Assembly: GCA_015231345.1 (NCBI GenBank)
Contig: JADGBV010000001.1
Coordinates: forward strand, 1 to 39,320
Length of the DNA stretch: 39,320 nucleotides
Source: Planctomycetota bacterium
GTDB taxonomy: Bacteria; Planctomycetota; JADGBV01
Direction: 5' to 3'
A program made the translations under genes and the position numbers. How positions within the stretch are numbered: position 1 is the stretch's first letter; each line of letters opens with the position of its first letter. Below, piece by piece: positions 25,062-33,894 of this stretch. The notes under the pieces are model-generated. The model was not told the origin of the DNA. It saw only the letters and a list, made by a program, of their open reading frames with translations, and searched no databases.

Positions 25062-25873
25062 TATAAGCTGACTCCTTCGTATCGTTTAAGGCCTTTTTTC
25101 CATAAAAAAACAGTGAGTGCTATCCACAGGCAGGTAATAGCGAAAGAGCCGAAACAAAGAAGCAAAGCTCTCATTGGAGTTGCAATGACCAATATAAGGC
25201 TGGGCCAACATGCGATGAGCATGACGGGGAAAAAGAAGGTTAGGAAGGAAGCAACGTGATGAGGGAGGATATCTAAGGGAGTTCTGGCTAGCTCTCGACC
25301 ACCAAAGACAAATTTTTTGAGAGCAGTCACGCGACCATACCAAAATGACAGGGTATTAACACAGAGTAGAACGGCCCTCATGGTAATGGCTCCACATAAA
25401 CAGGAGAAGAGTGCGCAACAAAAACGCCATAATTCAAAGTCGAAATAACGAAAGAGAGCCGTTATAATTAACATAAATCCTAAAAAAGCTGCGATAAAAG
25501 CCATGGCGCCCATTCTGCGCATGACTAAACCAAAAAAACTATTTTCAGGTCGAGCTAAGACAACCAGAAGGTCACCCCGTAAAATCATTAAATCAATAAT
25601 GCCCGTCGCCCAAAAAATCTCCTGAAGAGCGACATTAAGAGAAACAAAACCTGTTAAAATATAATAGCTTTCTGTTGTCCAACCAGAGACGACAGGAGGG
25701 CTTACAGCGCGCCAAAAGAAGACGTAAAAGAAAAGTTGTACGATGTAGAGCAACATGTACGAGTAAAAGCTAAATTTAAATTCACTGGTTCGAATGAGGC
25801 TGAGGGTCATGTAGCGAGGGAAAAGCTTAAAGGTTTTCCTCAGCATGGGGGTGGGATTCATGGCGCTATTCAT
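25061..25873 (-). CDS. ABC-2 family transporter permease (first permease)
   Basis: Polytopic hydrophobic protein. I prefer ATG 25873 (M15 of the track ORF), which overlaps the ATPase stop by 8 nt (aaATGaaTAG). Confidence 0.7.
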   Translation of the reverse strand: MNSAMNPTPMLRKTFKLFPRYMTLSLIRTSEFKFSFYSYMLLYIVQLFFYVFFWRAVSPPVVSGWTTESYYILTGFVSLNVALQEIFWATGIIDLMILRGDLLVVLARPENSFFGLVMRRMGAMAFIAAFLGFMLIITALFRYFDFELWRFCCALFSCLCGAITMRAVLLCVNTLSFWYGRVTALKKFVFGGRELARTPLDILPHHVASFLTFFFPVMLIACWPSLILVIATPMRALLLCFGSFAITCLWIALTVFLWKKGLKRYEGVSL

Positions 25874-26900
25874 TTTCTGAAATGCTACTGAATCCTTCCG
25901 CATAGATATGACCAACGACTTCTTCGAGTTCGGGTTCGGTTATAGTGAAATCTAAAAAACGGGCGGCGTGGAGTAATTCTCTGGCAAAATCGGCAATATC
26001 ACATTGATCTGTGCCGATGGTCCAGCACTCATCGTCGCCTTCTTTGGTACTCCGTAATGTATTCTCTTTGAGCTGGTTAAATGTGTTTTGGTCTAAAATG
26101 GTATCAATACTAAAACGAATTGTTTTTTCTCGAAGAAATTGTTTCTTTAATTGTCCTAATTCTCCATCATAAATAAGGGAGCCTTTGTCGATCATTAGCA
26201 CACGATTACATAAAGATTCGATATCTTTCATATCATGAGTCGTTAGAAGTATGGTTGTTTTTTCTTGCTCATTCACTGCTTGCAAAAAAGAGCGAATTTC
26301 TTTTTTGGCTTTCGCATCTAAGCCGATGGTTGGTTCGTCCAAAAAAACGATTTCGGGTTGATGGAGTAAAGAGGCTGCAACTTCACAGCGCATCCTTTGC
26401 CCAAACGATAATTTTCTGACGGGAATATGTAGGTAGTCACGCAAGGAAAGTATTTCGTGGAAAAAGTCGATTCGCTTGTCAAAAGTAGTCCTGTCCATTT
26501 CGTAGATTTCGCGATATAAATCAAAGGAAGCTTGTACGGGAACTTCATATTCAAGGATGCTTTTCTGACCGAAAACGACTCCAATATGGTAGGTGTATTG
26601 ATAGCGGTTATTGTAAGGAGAGAAACCTGCACACTTAACATTCCCGCTATCGGGATTAAGAATGCCTGTGAGCAATTTGATGGTCGTGGACTTTCCAGCT
26701 CCATTTGCGCCAATATATCCTACAAACTCACCTTTCTCTATTTGAAAACTAAGGTTTTTAAGAACTTCGAACTTCTCCCATTTCCTGTATAAAAGGCCAG
26801 AGACTTTTTGCTTGAGTGTGATTCTATCTTTTTTTTCTGGGACCAGGAAGCCTTTATCTAGACTTTCCACTTCGATATGATATTCTTTGGAACTTGCCAT
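25866..26900 (-). CDS. ABC transporter ATP-binding protein (COG4586-like)
   Basis: Walker A GANGAGKST, signature LSFGQRMR, Walker B IVFLDEPT and H-loop TTHD. A C-terminal extension of about 100 aa follows. Confidence 0.9.
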   Translation of the reverse strand: MASSKEYHIEVESLDKGFLVPEKKDRITLKQKVSGLLYRKWEKFEVLKNLSFQIEKGEFVGYIGANGAGKSTTIKLLTGILNPDSGNVKCAGFSPYNNRYQYTYHIGVVFGQKSILEYEVPVQASFDLYREIYEMDRTTFDKRIDFFHEILSLRDYLHIPVRKLSFGQRMRCEVAASLLHQPEIVFLDEPTIGLDAKAKKEIRSFLQAVNEQEKTTILLTTHDMKDIESLCNRVLMIDKGSLIYDGELGQLKKQFLREKTIRFSIDTILDQNTFNQLKENTLRSTKEGDDECWTIGTDQCDIADFARELLHAARFLDFTITEPELEEVVGHIYAEGFSSISENE

Positions 26901-26901
26901 T

Positions 26902-29433
26902 TTATTTGTGGGCTTTGGCCCAGTGAGCTAAATTCAAATCCAAACATTGCCTAGCCAGTTTTTGCCTGAGGTTTTGGGCGAGGTCGTTTTGCCCTAACCT
27001 TTCGTATATATCGATATTGAGGTACCACAAATGATACTTCATGTAATCATGAAAGGTTTGTCCTATGTGATTAAAAGAAGAAACATGAAATTCAGATTTA
27101 GCTGTGACATTCTTTATGCCTAACTTATCCATAACAAGACAAAGAGTGATTTGCTCTTCAACATTGTTGTTGTTGCTGGCAAGCTTGTTATACATTGTGG
27201 TAGCCTCTTCCGGAGTTAAAAATCGACTAAGAATAGCCAAGATAGTTTGAGGGGAGTGAGTGCAGCCAGTTAATAAAGTGAAGAGGAGGTCTGTATCTCC
27301 GCTGTTGAGTTCGGATGCGTTTTGCTTTGTGCTAAAGTATATGATAAGGCTTTGTATGAGATCTTTTTGTGTTAATAGGTTTTTTTGCAGGGCAACTTTG
27401 AGTAGTTGATTGGCCCAAAGAGATGGCATGTCTTGCCATTTATGGCATAAAGCTGACTTGATAAAATTTTTCTTTTGCTGAGTATCAGAAAGTGAAGATA
27501 ATAGTGCCTCAGGGCTTTTAGTAAAAGCAGGTGTACTGGCAGATTGTTCGAGTATGAGTTGCATGCTTTTCTTTGCCTTAGAGGTGATGCCTCTACTGTG
27601 AGATTTCCAGAGCTGACTTCTTGTTTCGGAGCCTAAATGCTGAAAAACCCTTAGCCAGGTATTGATACTAATAGGCCCCCATGTTTTTTGGAATGAGAGG
27701 AAATCATCATTCAAGTTGATCACCTGCTGCTTTGTGAGAGAGTCAGTGTTCTGATCATGGATGGTTTTGAGCAACAACTCTTCAGCACTTTGTTTTAGTA
27801 TGCTGTGCTCATTTTGCTTGAGATGGCTTATTAAAGAAGGAGTCTTTTCATATTGACCACTTAGGATTTCCTTTTTGCATTGAGCCCAGAGATTGGCAGT
27901 AGAAGGCTTTTGGCTATTCACTTTAGGCCTGGAATAAATACTAATACTGTCCATTAAAGCGCTGCCACCACGGCAACTGAGGTAGAGAGATTCGGGCCAT
28001 GAGTCAGGCAAAAGTCCTGCGGGAAGAGGTAGTGTCTGCTCATCTGCATTGGTTTTCATGCGAATCAGTTCTGATTCAAAATCAATTCGTACTTTACTGC
28101 GACTGTCATTTTCGTGAGTTAGAGTGCCGAGGCATAAGTTGCCAAGCCAGAATGTGATCTTATCTGAAGTGATTTCCATGCGCATATTTTGTGATGACTC
28201 AGCTCCAAATGTGCAATCCAAATGGGCGTCCACCGTGAGGCTGAGGAAAAAATCCATGCTTATCTCGCCCACTACATCTAGTGGACATTGGTAGTATCGT
28301 TGATTATTAGCTTTCAAAATGATTGCTTTGCCGCGGGCAATAAGGCCATCATGTTCATGAAAGGCAAAACGATTCTGTTTATCGTCTCCCTCTTTTTCTC
28401 TATAACCCCAAAACCATCCTGGGATGGCGCCTTGCTCATCGACATTCTGCGCACTTTCCAGACTCCAGTGGCGTTGGTATCGATAGTTGAAGCGTTTAAA
28501 AGAGAAGTAAGCTAAGGTAAGGAGTAATATGAGCATTAGCGCTATGCGCGGTTTTAATAAGGACTTCAAATTCTTCTTTTTCCTCATTAACCATAGCTTT
28601 TTAGGGGTCGCTAAAGCAGTCGCATCGAATATGTCATTGTTTTGTGGGGCACCCTTGCTTAGTCCTTCTGTGACCAATTCTTGCAGTAAATAAGGATCAA
28701 ACATGCCTTCCTCAGTCGTTGCGAGGCTGATTCGAATCTGGAAATCGTTCGAAGAGAATGCTTCTTGAAAGCGGTTGTAGACTCTCTTGGCAGCAATCAA
28801 TCCTCCTTCGTGAGGAGCACCAGGAAGGATAACCCAATAACTTTGTTCTTCTGCATGAGCAACGGTATCTCGACTACGGAAAGAAGTACTTAGGAGCTTC
28901 GAAACGCTTAAGAAATCATTCTCCTCTAGAGGAGCTTGGCTTAGAATGATTATTTTCATCAGTGATAAATCACTTGATGTGTTTTTGCTGAGATAACATT
29001 CGCTATCTAGGCATTGTTCAAGAACGTCAGAACGATGCAGCCCTGTTGCTTCGTTCCTCTCCCACCAGTTTTTTAAACTCTCGATAGCCTGTGCTTCGAT
29101 GCTATCGGCGCATTTTAAATATTTACTCAGGCCCGCTTTTTTGAGTGTCTCTGGGTCTCTGGCAAGATGGAAAAAGCAAATGACGAGAGTCGCACGATTG
29201 CCATATTGGACAATCATCTTTTCTCTATATTTTAATAAGCACTCCCAAATAATAGTTGCTTGTTTGTCATCAACGACTTCTTCGGATGTAAGGTAAGTTA
29301 CGAGCGAAACGTAGGTTGCATTCTTCTCACAGTTTATGAGCTGGAGAAGTTCTCTTTCTTCTAATGGCTGTGGTAATTCCTGATTTAAAAGTCTAAGCTC
29401 ACCTAGAAGCTGATCAACGAAACTTATTTTCAT
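26902..29433 (-). CDS. 843-aa single-pass membrane protein: cytoplasmic degenerate GGDEF-like domain with RxxD, one TM helix, large unassigned extracytoplasmic region
   Basis: GGDEF-fold-like string ATGLHRSDV ... ENDFLSVSKLL ... RSRDTVAHAEEQSYWVILPG ... IRISLAT (residues ~125-245). RKKKNLKSLLKPR is followed by the TM helix IALMLILLLTLAYFSF. There is 1 nt between it and each neighbouring gene. Confidence 0.65.
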   Translation of the reverse strand: MKISFVDQLLGELRLLNQELPQPLEERELLQLINCEKNATYVSLVTYLTSEEVVDDKQATIIWECLLKYREKMIVQYGNRATLVICFFHLARDPETLKKAGLSKYLKCADSIEAQAIESLKNWWERNEATGLHRSDVLEQCLDSECYLSKNTSSDLSLMKIIILSQAPLEENDFLSVSKLLSTSFRSRDTVAHAEEQSYWVILPGAPHEGGLIAAKRVYNRFQEAFSSNDFQIRISLATTEEGMFDPYLLQELVTEGLSKGAPQNNDIFDATALATPKKLWLMRKKKNLKSLLKPRIALMLILLLTLAYFSFKRFNYRYQRHWSLESAQNVDEQGAIPGWFWGYREKEGDDKQNRFAFHEHDGLIARGKAIILKANNQRYYQCPLDVVGEISMDFFLSLTVDAHLDCTFGAESSQNMRMEITSDKITFWLGNLCLGTLTHENDSRSKVRIDFESELIRMKTNADEQTLPLPAGLLPDSWPESLYLSCRGGSALMDSISIYSRPKVNSQKPSTANLWAQCKKEILSGQYEKTPSLISHLKQNEHSILKQSAEELLLKTIHDQNTDSLTKQQVINLNDDFLSFQKTWGPISINTWLRVFQHLGSETRSQLWKSHSRGITSKAKKSMQLILEQSASTPAFTKSPEALLSSLSDTQQKKNFIKSALCHKWQDMPSLWANQLLKVALQKNLLTQKDLIQSLIIYFSTKQNASELNSGDTDLLFTLLTGCTHSPQTILAILSRFLTPEEATTMYNKLASNNNNVEEQITLCLVMDKLGIKNVTAKSEFHVSSFNHIGQTFHDYMKYHLWYLNIDIYERLGQNDLAQNLRQKLARQCLDLNLAHWAKAHK

Positions 29434-29434
29434 T

Positions 29435-30616
29435 TTATTCTATGATAAGAACTTCCATATTATCTATTGCTTCATTCTCGAGAGCTTCAACATCAATTTT
29501 AGACTCATCATCCTCTAATTTCTCAATTTGAGCTCTCGTTGCAGGGCGTTTGGGCATAAAAACAGAGCAGCAGTCAGGGGCGTCTTCAATGCTGGTTTCA
29601 TAAGTGTCTATGCGCTTAGCAATATTCGTGATATCGATTTTATCCATGCATATTAAGGGTCGATACACACAGGAATTCACGACTGTATTGACTGCATGTA
29701 TATTCTCTAAGGTTTGACTAGCGACTTGACCTAGACTTTCTCCATTGACGAGACCAAGGTATCTCTTCTTGTTGGCAATGCGCTCAGCAATGCGGTACAT
29801 AAAGCGTCGATAGAGCACGACACGGTTACGCTCAGAGCAATAATCTCGTATGGCGACTTGAATATTACTGAAAGGGACAATATGTAATTTAACGTCAAAT
29901 TGGTAGTGCGAAAGTTTTTGAGCCAGTTTTTCAACTTTATCATAAGCAGCACGACCGAGAAAAACGCGGTTCTCGAAAAAGATATAATGAACCTTGCAGC
30001 CTCGACGCATCATTTGAAATGCAGCTACAGGACTATCTATACCCCCACTCAATAAACATAAAACATCTCCAGCAGTTCCCACAGGAAGGCCGCCTAAGCC
30101 TCTTTTTTGACTGACAAAAATCATGGAGCCGCTTTGGTTCACTTCAAGATGAATATTAATTTCAGGTTGATGTAAATCGACTTTAAGCAGACCTTCGGGG
30201 CTGTTCACAACAAGGTGAGCGCCAAGCTCGGCATTGATATCGCTGCTCTTTAAGGGGTAGTTTTTATCGGATCTTTTTGAAGTGATACGGAAGCGCACAA
30301 GCTCTTTGCCATCCCATAGTTTTCTGAATAGAGCGAGTACAGCATCTTTCCAGGCATCCATGTTCTTATCAATTCGCTCTGCTCGACTGAAGCTACTAAG
30401 GCCAGGAACTTTTTGAAGTTGTTCTTCAATTTTATCGAAGTTTTCCAGCTCCCCTTCCACAAGTATTCGGCCACGAATTTTATTGACCTGGACTTGGCCG
30501 CAGCCATCTAGGACCTTCCTGACGTGGCGCACAAGGGCGTTTTCAAAAAATTTACGATTGCCTCCTTTAAGACCGATTTCATCGTAACGCAGTAAGTAGA
30601 GAGAATTGCTATTCAT
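29435..30616 (-). CDS. thiI: tRNA 4-thiouridine(8) synthase ThiI (no rhodanese domain)
   Basis: N-terminal LLRYDEIGLKGGNRKFFE, THUMP region and PP-loop LLSGGIDSPVA. 393 aa, like the Bacillus-type short ThiI. Confidence 0.9.
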   Translation of the reverse strand: MNSNSLYLLRYDEIGLKGGNRKFFENALVRHVRKVLDGCGQVQVNKIRGRILVEGELENFDKIEEQLQKVPGLSSFSRAERIDKNMDAWKDAVLALFRKLWDGKELVRFRITSKRSDKNYPLKSSDINAELGAHLVVNSPEGLLKVDLHQPEINIHLEVNQSGSMIFVSQKRGLGGLPVGTAGDVLCLLSGGIDSPVAAFQMMRRGCKVHYIFFENRVFLGRAAYDKVEKLAQKLSHYQFDVKLHIVPFSNIQVAIRDYCSERNRVVLYRRFMYRIAERIANKKRYLGLVNGESLGQVASQTLENIHAVNTVVNSCVYRPLICMDKIDITNIAKRIDTYETSIEDAPDCCSVFMPKRPATRAQIEKLEDDESKIDVEALENEAIDNMEVLIIE

Positions 30617-30624
30617 AAGTATTG

Positions 30625-31728
30625 TTAAAAGAATTTTTTGCTTTCATTCCAGAGCTTTTCAATGAGCTCACATGTGTAAGTCAGGGAATCTTGATCAGTA
30701 TAAGGGCTTAAGCTCAGACGTAAGGTTTTTCTGCTTGAGGTATCATCTAAACCTAAGGCGCGATGGGTCTCTGATATCTTTTTTCGGCTTGCCTTACAGG
30801 CACTGCCAAGTCCAACGGCAACGCCATAACTTTCAAGTTGATGGAGTAAAACCTCACCATCAACGGGAGCTGTGTTAAGTAGCCATATTGCGGGTGTGTA
30901 ATTTTCTTCGTTATTTCTAATAATACTGGGGCCATTTTGAGAGAAAGAAGGCGTGAGCTTTAGTGGAGTTTTGGACATTTTCATGAAAGTATCTCGGAAA
31001 ATACAGATGGCAGGAACGGCTACTGTTCCCGAACGCCAGCCTCCTTCTTGCCCTCCTCCTTTATTGAGAGCACATGTTTTTTTGTGTTTAAGCATCAAAG
31101 CTCCTACACCAACGGGAGCACCAACTTTATGACCTGATATTGAAAAAGCATGAACATTTTTTAATGGTGGGAGTTTGACTTTCGCAAAACCCTGCACCCC
31201 ATCAACTAATAAATGGCATTTCGAGTGATGATCTTGTAAATATTGCCCTAATTCTGCTATGGGTTGAATAAAGCCGGCTTCACTATTCACCCATTCACAG
31301 ACAAATAAATCTGGGTCTGGTAAGGAGTCAAGTCGACTCAGGTCTATCACTCCACTCTTGCGAGTAGGTAGGTCAATAATCTGCCAGCCTTTTTCGGCTA
31401 ATGCCATTGCAGGTTCCTTTTGGCTGGGGTGGACTGTTTTTGATAACCAAATGACGCCCTGTTTTTTGTTTTTGCTAAAAGCATGAATGGCTAAATTATT
31501 ACTTTCAGTTCCTCCTGAAGTGAAAATAATTGTCTCAGGTTGAACGCTCAGGAATTGACTGAAATCTCCTCTGGCAGTTTCTAGAGCCTTTTTGCTATTC
31601 AGGCCCCCTTCGTAAACAGTTCCTGCGTTCCAGGAGAATTCACGGAGGTAGTGATTATATTGATCAATCATATCTTCCCTAATGGGGCTGGTAGCAGCAT
31701 GATCGAAATAATGGCGAATAGGTGGCAT
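30625..31728 (-). CDS. Cysteine desulfurase, class V aminotransferase (NifS/NifZ/IscS-like)
   Basis: YFDHAATSP and TSGGTESNN. PLP-lysine SISGHKVGAP. Active-site loop GLGSAC. Confidence 0.9.
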   Translation of the reverse strand: MPPIRHYFDHAATSPIREDMIDQYNHYLREFSWNAGTVYEGGLNSKKALETARGDFSQFLSVQPETIIFTSGGTESNNLAIHAFSKNKKQGVIWLSKTVHPSQKEPAMALAEKGWQIIDLPTRKSGVIDLSRLDSLPDPDLFVCEWVNSEAGFIQPIAELGQYLQDHHSKCHLLVDGVQGFAKVKLPPLKNVHAFSISGHKVGAPVGVGALMLKHKKTCALNKGGGQEGGWRSGTVAVPAICIFRDTFMKMSKTPLKLTPSFSQNGPSIIRNNEENYTPAIWLLNTAPVDGEVLLHQLESYGVAVGLGSACKASRKKISETHRALGLDDTSSRKTLRLSLSPYTDQDSLTYTCELIEKLWNESKKFF

Positions 31729-31839
31729 TCCTTAGGTACTTTTCCTTGACAGAGAGTGTCGTGTTTCAAACTGAGAAAGCATAATTCTATGGGCAGGAGC
31801 GAAACGAAAAGCTCTTATAGTAAAGACTTGGCGTAAATA

Positions 31840-32067
31840 ATGAAAGCAAAGTATATCGATTTGATTCAATGGTTAGCTGATAATCCCAATTTTAGTTATT
31901 GGATTGTTCTCTTTCTTGCTCTTTTTGTGATATTATTGATTATTTATCTTGTTGTCAGTAATATTCGGCTACATATTCATATTAGCAGCATTGTGAAAGA
32001 CAAAAGTCGTCTGATGGAGGAGAAGGACCTCATGCGTAAAGGCATGCAAAATACTCAAGAGCCGTAA
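31840..32067 (+). CDS. Possible small single-TM membrane protein (75 aa)
   Basis: ATG ORF with one clear TM helix (YWIVLFLALFVILLIIYLVV) and a charged tail. Divergent from the desulfurase-thiI operon. No family recognised. Confidence 0.45.
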   Translation: MKAKYIDLIQWLADNPNFSYWIVLFLALFVILLIIYLVVSNIRLHIHISSIVKDKSRLMEEKDLMRKGMQNTQEP

Positions 32068-32086
32068 ATTTTAAAAGCTCATATAA

Positions 32087-32120
32087 TCGACTCACAGCCC
32101 CGATATAGAGAGTGAGTCGA
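32087..32120. terminator. 9-bp perfect inverted repeat between convergent genes
   Basis: tcgactcac (32087-32095) and gtgagtcga (32112-32120), with a 16-nt loop and no U-run. Confidence 0.3.
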
Positions 32121-32137
32121 CTCTCATGCTGCTTCAG

Positions 32138-33718
32138 TTATAACTTGATTCCTTTTGACGTGAGGTAGTCACCATACTTCATATCCATGCCCATGATATG
32201 TTCTATGAGCCAGGTTCTTAGAAAGGCTAGGACTTCTATGAGATTCATCTCTTCGCCTTTTTCAATCTTTTGTAATATCTCTCCAACAGATGCTAGTAGC
32301 TTTTCATGAGCTGCTTTATGAACAATGGTATCTGGGAAATCATATTTTTGAAAGAGCTCTTCTTCATGAGCAAAATGGCCCACTGTAAATTCAGCTAATT
32401 GGTTGAGAACGCTTTTAATCTCCTCCAATTCCGCTGATTTTTTGACCAGATGATGGATTTGGTTGATATAGTAAATTATCTTAATATGCTGGTCATTGCA
32501 TTCTGGCACCTGGACATCAAAGATGTCAGAGAATTTCATGAAAAAGCGTTCTCCATCAGAGTGATCTACGCCTTTGAATTCTAACTGACTTAAAGGCATC
32601 AGAAGATCTGCACTAACACTGTCACATTCGATGGCAGAAGCGTAAACCTTTGAACTTTCATCTCTCATGCTGACACAATCGCTATTGGCTGCATGCATCT
32701 GCTCAGTTGTTTTTTTGACAAGGTCCTCTGCGCCTTGAATATTTGTAGCAATTTCTGAAATAGCAGAGCAAGCCTGAGAAACATTCTCGTTGACATCTTC
32801 TAAACGTTGCGAACTATTTTGTATTTTTCCTGAAATATCATTGGCGCTGACAGATTGCTGTTTGACCGCAGCGGCAATATCTGTTACTGTGGTGTTGACT
32901 TCGAGAAATGCTTTATTGATTTGGCCAATATCTTTAACTGTCAATTGAATGGCTTTTTGAATGGCATTAATTTTTTCTGCTATTCCAGCTGTGATATCAC
33001 TAGTTTGAACGGCTAATTCTTTTACTTCGTCAGCTACAACAGCAAAGCCCTTGCCTGCAGCTCCTGCACCCGCAGCCTCTATTTTGGCATTTAAGGCTAG
33101 GAGCTGAGTTTGTTCTGATATTTTACTGATCACTTCAATAACAGCATTGATATCTTTGGCTGACTGGCCTAGCTCACTTACACGTTCGGAGGCACTTTGA
33201 GAGTTTTCCGATGCTTCTTCAACCATACGCCTTGCTTCTTCGGAGCTATTTGCAATTGTGCTGATGGTTTGAGTTAATCCCTGTGAGGCATCGTTAACTT
33301 CCACGACATTTTTTGTTGTTTCATCAGCTTCTTTGGCGACGTTATTCATATTAACATTCAGTTCTTCTGATGCTGAGGCAATGGATGCCACTGCCATTTC
33401 CATTTCGTCACTTAACTGGCTAATGGTGCCCATGTTTCCTGAAATGCTTTGCGCTGAGTTGTATAAACTGCCTGCATGCTGATTGAGCTCCTTGGAGCAG
33501 CTAGCTAAATGGGAGGCATTCAAATGAGATTCACTGAGCATTTTACCAAGGCGATTATGCAGTTTGCCTATGAGGTTCATAAACTCAGAGGAGTTTTGAT
33601 CTAAATCGATATTTTCATATTGGCCTTCGTAAATTTGTCGAACAAGCTCTCCCGCTTCGTTTATCTCATTGAGTAATTTCTTTTTGCTAGTTGTGATAAA
33701 AGACAAACTTTTTGGCAT
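32138..33718 (-). CDS. Soluble methyl-accepting chemotaxis protein with C-terminal hemerythrin domain (DcrH-like)
   Basis: MCP signalling hairpin [34 protein letters not shown]. Hemerythrin ligand motifs [21 protein letters not shown] and [13 protein letters not shown] (about 32141-32536). No TM or HAMP segment is visible. Confidence 0.85.
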   Translation of the reverse strand: MPKSLSFITTSKKKLLNEINEAGELVRQIYEGQYENIDLDQNSSEFMNLIGKLHNRLGKMLSESHLNASHLASCSKELNQHAGSLYNSAQSISGNMGTISQLSDEMEMAVASIASASEELNVNMNNVAKEADETTKNVVEVNDASQGLTQTISTIANSSEEARRMVEEASENSQSASERVSELGQSAKDINAVIEVISKISEQTQLLALNAKIEAAGAGAAGKGFAVVADEVKELAVQTSDITAGIAEKINAIQKAIQLTVKDIGQINKAFLEVNTTVTDIAAAVKQQSVSANDISGKIQNSSQRLEDVNENVSQACSAISEIATNIQGAEDLVKKTTEQMHAANSDCVSMRDESSKVYASAIECDSVSADLLMPLSQLEFKGVDHSDGERFFMKFSDIFDVQVPECNDQHIKIIYYINQIHHLVKKSAELEEIKSVLNQLAEFTVGHFAHEEELFQKYDFPDTIVHKAAHEKLLASVGEILQKIEKGEEMNLIEVLAFLRTWLIEHIMGMDMKYGDYLTSKGIKL

Positions 33719-33894
33719 GCTGGAATCTCCAATAGGGCTATTTATAGCCAGACTCTGATAAGGGGTAAGTATTATTTTAGATCACGACAAAGTCAAGATC
33801 TTTTATTTTAGGGATGTGCCAGGAGTATGCGATTCCCCCTTAAAACAGAAATGATCTATTGAAATTATTCAGTTAGAGCGTAGAAAAGCGGGAA

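Noticed and set aside
29435-31728. Cysteine desulfurase plus PP-loop ATPase as a Dnd/Ssp-like DNA phosphorothioation defence module
   Set aside because: The PP-loop protein has the canonical ThiI N-terminus and THUMP layout. No dndB/D/E or restriction-like partner genes are present, so ordinary tRNA s4U synthesis is the better reading.
33801-33821. Sigma-54 promoter upstream of the MCP gene (TGGCAC on the minus strand at 33816-33821)
   Set aside because: The -12 element is missing. The sequence reads TGGCAC-atccc-TAAAA instead of TGGCAC-N5-TTGC.
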